Source: Candidatus Nomurabacteria bacterium
Lineage (GTDB): Bacteria; Patescibacteriota; Minisyncoccia; Phycocordibacterales; UBA918
Direction of reading: 5' to 3'
Assembly: GCA_023898525.1 (NCBI GenBank)
Contig: CP060227.1
Location: forward strand, 85,079 to 149,078
DNA length: 64,000 nucleotides
Numbering within the stretch: position 1 is the stretch's first letter; every line of letters begins with the position of its first letter. Below are positions 58,513 to 64,000 of this stretch, one piece after another. A model generated the notes under the pieces. It saw nothing but the letters and a program-made list of their open reading frames with translations, had not been told where the DNA came from and made no database searches. Position numbers and translations under genes: made by a program.

Positions 58513-59022
58513 TTACGAGTAGAATATTTTGAGAACCTTTACCAAGTCATCTTTAGTCTTTGCACCCGACTCAATTTTTTCAATAAGTTCCTTGGGTGTG
58601 AACCAGTAGTAATCAACGAATTCGTTTGTGTTGTAAGGAGGAACTTTATCGTATTTTATTTCATAGATACACATATGAGAACTAACACTGTTTTTTCTTG
58701 GATTTAAGTAACCCTTATATTTCCAATTAATTTCTTCGGTATTAAAACCTAATTCTTCTTTTGTCTCACGAAAAAAAGCAGTCTGGTATGTTTCGCCACT
58801 TTCGACATGACCAGCCACACTAAAATCTAAACATGACGGAAAAATCCTTTTGTCAGCACTACGTAGCGGTATCTATAATTTACCTTCAGAATCTATTAAG
58901 AAGGCATTAATTACTCTATAGTTATTTAGCTTTTCAGAATATATTTCTGAACGTAATTTCCTTCCAATAACATCATCGTTATCATCAACAAGATCCAGAT
59001 ATTCATCTTCCATATACAACAT
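58513..59022 (-). pseudogene. NUDIX hydrolase gene interrupted by an in-frame TAG (amber) at 58873..58875.
   Basis: N-terminal 49 codons MLYMEDEYLDLVDDNDDVIGRKLRSEIYSEKLNNYRVINAFLIDSEGKL, then TAG, then in frame IPLRSADKRIFPSCLDFSVAGHVESGETYQTAFFRETKEELG (the NUDIX box). TAG is a genuine stop elsewhere, for example rplU. Confidence 0.6.
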
Positions 59023-59333
59023 ACTACACAACTATCTCCAAAAACAAAATGACATCAAATTTCTTAACGAGACTCATGACCGCCTAAGTAAAAAGAGTCG
59101 CGAAGGCAACTCTTTTCTTAACGTTTTGTCCTCCTATCTCCTCATAAATATCGGGGATTCCAAGCAGAAGCTTGGACCAGAGTAAACGATAATCAATTTA
59201 TCGTTTACCTCACGAATCACTAAGTATATTTGTTCGTCTTCGACTCCAAATCTACTAAGTGTTCGCGAGCCCGTCTCGACTGTTTCTTGATTTTATTAAA
59301 TCAAGAAACATGTCTCCGACCGTCTAAGCTAAT

Positions 59334-59357
59334 AAAAGCCGCGCAAGCGGCTTTTAT
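59334..59357. terminator. Terminator after rpsI.
   Basis: AAAAGCCGC-GCAA-GCGGCTTTT. Confidence 0.65.
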
Positions 59358-59358
59358 C

Positions 59359-59769
59359 TTAACGCTTAGACCAAGCTGGACGTTTGCGAGCTTTGCGTAG
59401 ACCGAACTTCTTACGCTCTACTGAACGCGCGTCACGCTTAAGGTAACCTTCACGCTTAAGTGGAATACGTCGATCAGCCTTTTCTTTTACCAGGGCTCGA
59501 GCGATACCAAGTCGAATCGCTTCTGCTTGAGACGATAGTCCGCCACCGACCACTTTGGCGCTGATTGAGTAATGTTCAATACCAGCATCCTGAGTATCGA
59601 GCACTGACTGAACGTCCTTCTGCAGGGCAAGCTGTCTAAAATACTCCTTGGCATCCTTACCATTTACGGTAACAGTAGTAGCTGAAGCAGGCACCAAACG
59701 CACGCGAGCTGTCGCAGTCTTACGACGACCAATTCCTTCTATGTATGCTGATTTTGTAGTTGTTGCCAT
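59359..59769 (-). CDS. rpsI: 30S ribosomal protein S9.
   Basis: Typical C-terminus ...RKKFGLRKARKRPAWSKR. Confidence 0.9.
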   Translation of the reverse strand: MATTTKSAYIEGIGRRKTATARVRLVPASATTVTVNGKDAKEYFRQLALQKDVQSVLDTQDAGIEHYSISAKVVGGGLSSQAEAIRLGIARALVKEKADRRIPLKREGYLKRDARSVERKKFGLRKARKRPAWSKR

Positions 59770-59771
59770 AT

Positions 59772-60134
59772 TTATTCAGATATCACCAGATTTTTTAATA
59801 AAACTTTCTTGAGCTTGTTGTTTGGTAACATACCAGCAATGGTTCGGCGCACCACCTCAGAGTAACCACGTCTCTCACCAAGGTGCTCAAGAGTCTCAGT
59901 CTTGCGTCCGCCTGGGTGACCAGAGTAGGTTTGATAAATTTCAGACTTCTTTCCCTCAGGAATATCTAACTTGCTAGCATTGGTTATCTCTACTCGTACA
60001 TCAGCCGCCAAATTACGTGCAAAATCAGCTTGATCTTTACCATTTAGGATGGTTGCTACCTCAGTAGCCAAACGACCTAGCCGCTTACCAGCAGCATCAA
60101 TTGTATGAACTTTTGTATTTGCTTGTGTTTCCAT
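59772..60134 (-). CDS. rplM: 50S ribosomal protein L13.
   Basis: AAGKRLGRLATEVA...HPGG motifs. Confidence 0.85.
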   Translation of the reverse strand: METQANTKVHTIDAAGKRLGRLATEVATILNGKDQADFARNLAADVRVEITNASKLDIPEGKKSEIYQTYSGHPGGRKTETLEHLGERRGYSEVVRRTIAGMLPNNKLKKVLLKNLVISE

Positions 60135-60139
60135 ATAAA

Positions 60140-60496
60140 TTATTCTACAAATTCGATAACCGCCTCCTCTCGCCCAGATGGCATACGACCGATTTTAATG
60201 ACTCTAGTGTAACCACCGTTTCGTTCAGAAAATTTAGGTGCAATGTCCAAAAACAGCTTTTTAATAATAACATCACTTGGCTCACCAAGTCTGGTTGATA
60301 CAGTTCGTCTAGCCGTTACTGTACCCTTTTTAGCATGAGTAACCAAACGTTCAATGCGTGGCTGTAGCTCTTTAGCCTTAGCCAAAGTAGTAGTGATTTT
60401 ACCGTCTCTGATCAGTGACACAGAAAGTCCACGCAACAAAGCAGTGCGTTGATCAGTATTGCGGCCTAATTTTCGATTTTTGTTTGCGTGTCTCAT
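60140..60496 (-). CDS. rplQ: 50S ribosomal protein L17.
   Basis: MRHANKNRKLGRNTDQRTALLRGL. Confidence 0.9.
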   Translation of the reverse strand: MRHANKNRKLGRNTDQRTALLRGLSVSLIRDGKITTTLAKAKELQPRIERLVTHAKKGTVTARRTVSTRLGEPSDVIIKKLFLDIAPKFSERNGGYTRVIKIGRMPSGREEAVIEFVE

Positions 60497-60506
60497 ATAA
60501 TAATAC

Positions 60507-61475
60507 TTACTCGGCTAGTGCCAAATCCATCTTCTTTAGAAGTTCAGTAATCTCCTCTAACCCTTTTGGTCCTATACCTTCGAGGGCTAGAATATCATCT
60601 TTTGATTTTCGCACAAGTCCTCCAACAGTTCGGATACTTGCCTCCTCTAGAGCCTGGGCAGTGCGAGCTGAAAAATCAAGTGTTTCAATCCTAGTTTTAA
60701 GAATATCAGAACTTGGTTCTGAACCAGTGTCTGTAGCAACCGCTTCCCGCTCTACCTCTTGTTCGTTAGATTTTGGATAAATTTCTTGAAAACCGATGAT
60801 AGCGCTAAGCTGATGTACCATTATTTCAATCGCCTTTTCTAGTGCTTCACGCGGTGAAAAAGTACCATCGGTCTCAATCGCTACACGTAAGCGGTTGTAA
60901 TCTGTACGGTCACCTACACGCATATTTTCAACTTCGTAGTTGGCGCGACGAATTGGTGTAAAGACAGCGTCCATGGCAATGGTTCCAATCTCAACCTTGT
61001 CTTTTTGGTGCACTTCGCGTGGGACATAACCCAAACCTTTCTCTACTGTTAATTCCATCTCTAGAACTGAGCTTTTAGCCGTTAGTTCGGCAATTGGTTG
61101 TTCTGGATTTAAAATCTCAACCTGCGTTGGTGCCTCCAAGTCAGCAGCTGTGACGAAGCCAGCGCCACTCTTCTTTAGTTTTACAGTCATTGGTTCGTCA
61201 CCATGCAGTGAGAGACGAACTCGCTTAAGGTTTAGCAGGATGGTAAGCACATCTTCTCTTACACCATCAAGAGTACTGAATTCGTGTTCAGCTCCTTCAA
61301 TCTTCACCTGAGTGATAGCTGCTCCTGGTAGAGATGACAAGATAATTCGGCGCAGTGAATTACCCAAAGTATGCCCATAACCAGGGTATAGATTATCAAT
61401 TTCGAAAACTCCGTGAAACTCATCTTCTGAGACAACGCGGGGCTTTGACGGTAGGGTGACGTTTGTTTCTAACAT
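60507..61475 (-). CDS. rpoA: DNA-directed RNA polymerase subunit alpha.
   Basis: Alpha-NTD and alpha-CTD (HhH) blocks. Confidence 0.9.
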   Translation of the reverse strand: MLETNVTLPSKPRVVSEDEFHGVFEIDNLYPGYGHTLGNSLRRIILSSLPGAAITQVKIEGAEHEFSTLDGVREDVLTILLNLKRVRLSLHGDEPMTVKLKKSGAGFVTAADLEAPTQVEILNPEQPIAELTAKSSVLEMELTVEKGLGYVPREVHQKDKVEIGTIAMDAVFTPIRRANYEVENMRVGDRTDYNRLRVAIETDGTFSPREALEKAIEIMVHQLSAIIGFQEIYPKSNEQEVEREAVATDTGSEPSSDILKTRIETLDFSARTAQALEEASIRTVGGLVRKSKDDILALEGIGPKGLEEITELLKKMDLALAE

Positions 61476-61512
61476 AGTTTATTATTACAATTACGCTTAT
61501 ATAGCTTCTATC

Positions 61513-62118
61513 CTATCGACTGTAGTATTCCATCACTTGTTCAGGATCAAACAAAGTTTCGGCCGGATTGTATACTGGAACTGCATTCATTTTAGCTGAT
61601 AATTTTTTGATATCTATAGACAACCAATTCGGTACACCAGCAGACTCGTGAGTATCGGCTATCTGTACGAATGGACCGGTCTGCTTACTACCCTCACGCA
61701 CAGAAATTACATCACCAATTCTAACACGGTGAGATGGGATACTTAGCTTCTTTCCGTTCACTAAAATGTGACCGTGTGATACGATTTGTCGAGCAAAACG
61801 TCGAGTTTTTGCCAAACCTAATCGGTAGATGACATTATCTAACCTTGATTCCAAACGCTCCATAAGAAGAGAAATTGGTTGATGACTCTTTGCTACCGCC
61901 TCATCAACATAACGACGCAGCTGCTTCTCAGTAATTCCATAAGTAAAACGCATCTTTTGCTTCTCAAGAAGTTGACGCTTATAGTCACTCATCTGACGTG
62001 GGCGACCACCAGTTTTACCAGCTCTTGCCTGAGATAAGGCAAACTTTTGTGACTGAGTTTTCTCAAAGATTGGCGCACCGAGTCGTTTAGCAATCTTAAA
62101 TTTTGGACCTATTTTCAT
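61513..62118 (-). CDS. rpsD: 30S ribosomal protein S4.
   Basis: S4 domain RLDNVIYRLGLAKTRRFARQIVSHGHILVNGKKL. Confidence 0.85.
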   Translation of the reverse strand: MKIGPKFKIAKRLGAPIFEKTQSQKFALSQARAGKTGGRPRQMSDYKRQLLEKQKMRFTYGITEKQLRRYVDEAVAKSHQPISLLMERLESRLDNVIYRLGLAKTRRFARQIVSHGHILVNGKKLSIPSHRVRIGDVISVREGSKQTGPFVQIADTHESAGVPNWLSIDIKKLSAKMNAVPVYNPAETLFDPEQVMEYYSR

Positions 62119-62134
62119 AAATTATTTGATTACA

Positions 62135-62566
62135 TTAAACACGACGTGGCTTAGGTGGTCGTGTACCATTAAATGGTACTGGTGTACGATCAGTGATTCG
62201 TAAGATTCCAATACCCTTACCTGAAAAAGCTCTTAAAGCCGACTCGCGTCCAGCACCAACACCGCGAACCACCACCTCTGCCTCCTTCATACCCATTTGC
62301 TGAGCCTTCTCTCCGATAATTTCCCCCACCTTTGCCGCTGCAAAAGGAGTACTCTTGCGAGACCCTTTAAACCCTAGAGCTCCACTAGAGGCGCTCATCA
62401 CCGCATTACCCTTTGGATCACAAAGCGTGAGCAAAGTGTTATTGAAAGTAGCTAGAATATTTAACTTTCCAGCTGCTAACTTGCGCTTTGGAATCCGGTT
62501 TAGCGCTCTTGATGTACCTGACACATCTGATCCACCACCTTTTTTGATTATACGTTTCTTACCCAT
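62135..62566 (-). CDS. rpsK: 30S ribosomal protein S11.
   Basis: S11 signature near GTRPPKPRRV; conserved C-terminus. Confidence 0.9.
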   Translation of the reverse strand: MGKKRIIKKGGGSDVSGTSRALNRIPKRKLAAGKLNILATFNNTLLTLCDPKGNAVMSASSGALGFKGSRKSTPFAAAKVGEIIGEKAQQMGMKEAEVVVRGVGAGRESALRAFSGKGIGILRITDRTPVPFNGTRPPKPRRV

Positions 62567-62593
62567 ATGAAATACGCATTTAAACTAATAATT

Positions 62594-62971
62594 CTAAGTC
62601 TTCTCGAGCTTACGACGACCACTACCCATAGTTTTCTTAACTCCTTTGAGAGTGCGGGCATTGGTCTTGGTACGTTGTCCTCGTGCCGGTAGACGTCTAG
62701 CATGTCGAGAGCCTCGATATGACTGGATATCTTTAAGACGCTTGATATTAGCTGAGATCTCACGTTTTAGATCGCCTTCAATACGAAAAGATTCTACTTT
62801 CTCTCGCACAGCATTTTCCTGATCGGTTGAAAGATCGGTTGGCTTACTCGTATGTTCAATATTTAATTCAGTGAGTATATCCTTAGCACGTGACAAACCA
62901 ATACCATACACGGTAGTTAGTCCGTAGGCTAATTGCTTCTCATCTGGAATTGTGATACCTGAAATTCGCAT
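62594..62971 (-). CDS. rpsM: 30S ribosomal protein S13.
   Basis: MRISGITIPDEKQLAYGLTTVYGIG. Confidence 0.9.
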   Translation of the reverse strand: MRISGITIPDEKQLAYGLTTVYGIGLSRAKDILTELNIEHTSKPTDLSTDQENAVREKVESFRIEGDLKREISANIKRLKDIQSYRGSRHARRLPARGQRTKTNARTLKGVKKTMGSGRRKLEKT

Positions 62972-62979
62972 ATATATAT

Positions 62980-63096
62980 TTATCCTTGACGTTGTTTGTG
63001 ACGTGGCTTCTTTTTATTGATGACAAAAACTACACCACGTCGTTTTACGATGATGTCATCAGGGCTCATTTTTTTTACTGATGATCTAACTTTCAT
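62980..63096 (-). CDS. rpmJ: 50S ribosomal protein L36, cysteine-free (C-minus) form.
   Basis: Hand translation [38 protein letters not shown]. The C-terminal half matches the L36 consensus KRRGRV.VICENPKHKQRQG, but all four Zn ligands are absent. It is too short to appear in the ORF track. Confidence 0.75.
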   Translation of the reverse strand: MKVRSSVKKMSPDDIIVKRRGVVFVINKKKPRHKQRQG

Positions 63097-63104
63097 AATT
63101 GCTT

Positions 63105-63332
63105 TTAGAGTCTCTTAGTAATTCGTGCTTTACCGCCATATGGATCAAGTACCATGCCAACCTTATCACCAACTAACACACGAATGCGAAACTTACGCAT
63201 TTTGCCCGCTAGATAAGCAATAACTGTTTGCTTGCTATCATCAAGCACAACACGAAAAAAAGCATTGGGTAGCGCTTCTTCCACTACACCATAAGCTAAG
63301 TCATCTTTCGTCGTTTGTGCTTGTTGATCCAT
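63105..63332 (-). CDS. infA: Translation initiation factor IF-1.
   Basis: S1-like fold; [16 protein letters not shown]. Confidence 0.85.
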   Translation of the reverse strand: MDQQAQTTKDDLAYGVVEEALPNAFFRVVLDDSKQTVIAYLAGKMRKFRIRVLVGDKVGMVLDPYGGKARITKRL

Positions 63333-63397
63333 TAAACGTGAGTGAGTGTAACAAAACTGTTAAATATAGTCAAGAACATACTATAGGATAATGAAAA

Positions 63398-64000
63398 CTA
63401 TTTCACCTCTAGCTGTTCAACGACACTTATATCGTCAGGCTCTGACGGGAACGAACGCTTCCAAAATGGTTTTTCTGTAATCTTGCCATTAGCTATACCC
63501 GGATAAGCTGTAAGGACGGTAGTGATGGCGGTAAATGATTTTCCGGAAAGATCTTCCTGCAGCTGATTAACATCATAATCCCAAACGATTAGTGGACGAC
63601 CAATGATTTTGAATGACAAAGACGGTTCGTTGGCAATGTTAATAGAGCTAGTATTTTCATCAGTATAACCAAAGCGTATCTCATCAATATTTCTTATCTG
63701 GACCGCCTCTCCACTATATGTGGTGATTGTTTCAGCAGCCATGAAGCTAGCGAAATCAGCTTTAGCAAATAGTGGTATTTGCAAAGTAGCCTGCTCTCGG
63801 ATGGTCACCAAATTATCTCCATACTGAACTGCCGGCAATTCGTTGTATGTAAAAGTCACAGCGTCAGGAAAAGCAATGAAGCCAGCTGGTTTTTCGCTTT
63901 CTATTCTGGCTAACAAACCATCTCTTAGCTCCATTTGTAATGACTGACGAGCGGTAGCTAATTCATTATCATCTATAATAAATCTTGGACCCTTAAAACC
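63398..64000 (-). CDS. Hypothetical protein. The reading frame stays open upstream of the first ATG to the window edge.
   Basis: 178+ aa ORF sitting where map/adk normally precede infA; I recognise no motifs. Confidence 0.45.
   Translation of the reverse strand, partial: GFKGPRFIIDDNELATARQSLQMELRDGLLARIESEKPAGFIAFPDAVTFTYNELPAVQYGDNLVTIREQATLQIPLFAKADFASFMAAETITTYSGEAVQIRNIDEIRFGYTDENTSSINIANEPSLSFKIIGRPLIVWDYDVNQLQEDLSGKSFTAITTVLTAYPGIANGKITEKPFWKRSFPSEPDDISVVEQLEVK

Noticed and set aside
1-64000. Possibility of an alternative genetic code (TGA or TAG reassignment) and of CRISPR arrays.
   Set aside because: TGA terminates the Shedu-like gene and TAG terminates rplU, with gene lengths normal under the standard code. 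No arrays of regularly spaced short direct repeats were seen.

Overview
The window is 64 kb of low-GC (~40%) bacterial chromosome with compact, mostly single-copy housekeeping genes. Gene content (L9, archaeal-type short AspRS, a GatB/YqeY-domain protein, many small membrane proteins) is compatible with a small-genome lineage such as Patescibacteria/CPR, but I cannot prove this from the sequence alone. The standard code is in use: TGA and TAG both terminate genes here.

The first ~5.5 kb is a mosaic accessory island. It contains:
- a GC-rich (~60%) partial gene resembling DNPH1/nucleoside 2-deoxyribosyltransferase;
- an operon of an XRE-type HTH gene and a candidate Shedu-like (DUF4263) PD-(D/E)xK nuclease;
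- a large serine recombinase gene bracketed by near-perfect 132-bp inverted repeats whose right copy fuses to the 3' end of a tRNA-Glu(UUC);
- tandem tRNA 5'-fragment repeats;
- an IS481-family insertion sequence.

The rest is core genome: FAD oxidase, Pif1/RecD-like helicase, RmuC, rplU, recR, dnaB, cysS, ctpA, rplI, PPIase, rpmA, LOG, murI, M23 peptidase, gltX, murG-ftsW-mraY-dacA, scpB/scpA, pepA, aspS, trpS, a histidine kinase, speH, dnaJ-dnaK-grpE, and an rpsI-rplM / rplQ-rpoA-rpsD-rpsK-rpsM-rpmJ-infA ribosomal cluster.

The most notable non-coding feature is a canonical T-box riboswitch, with a GAC (Asp) specifier and a UGGC bulge, upstream of aspS.

Other observations:
- a NUDIX gene interrupted by an in-frame amber codon;
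- a perfect consensus promoter placed for leaderless grpE;
- a palindromic repeat family;
- a duplicated promoter/RBS module;
- a 440-bp palindrome-rich non-coding gap between convergent genes.

No CRISPR array or rRNA gene was seen. Product assignments rest on motif recognition by eye and were not checked against any database.
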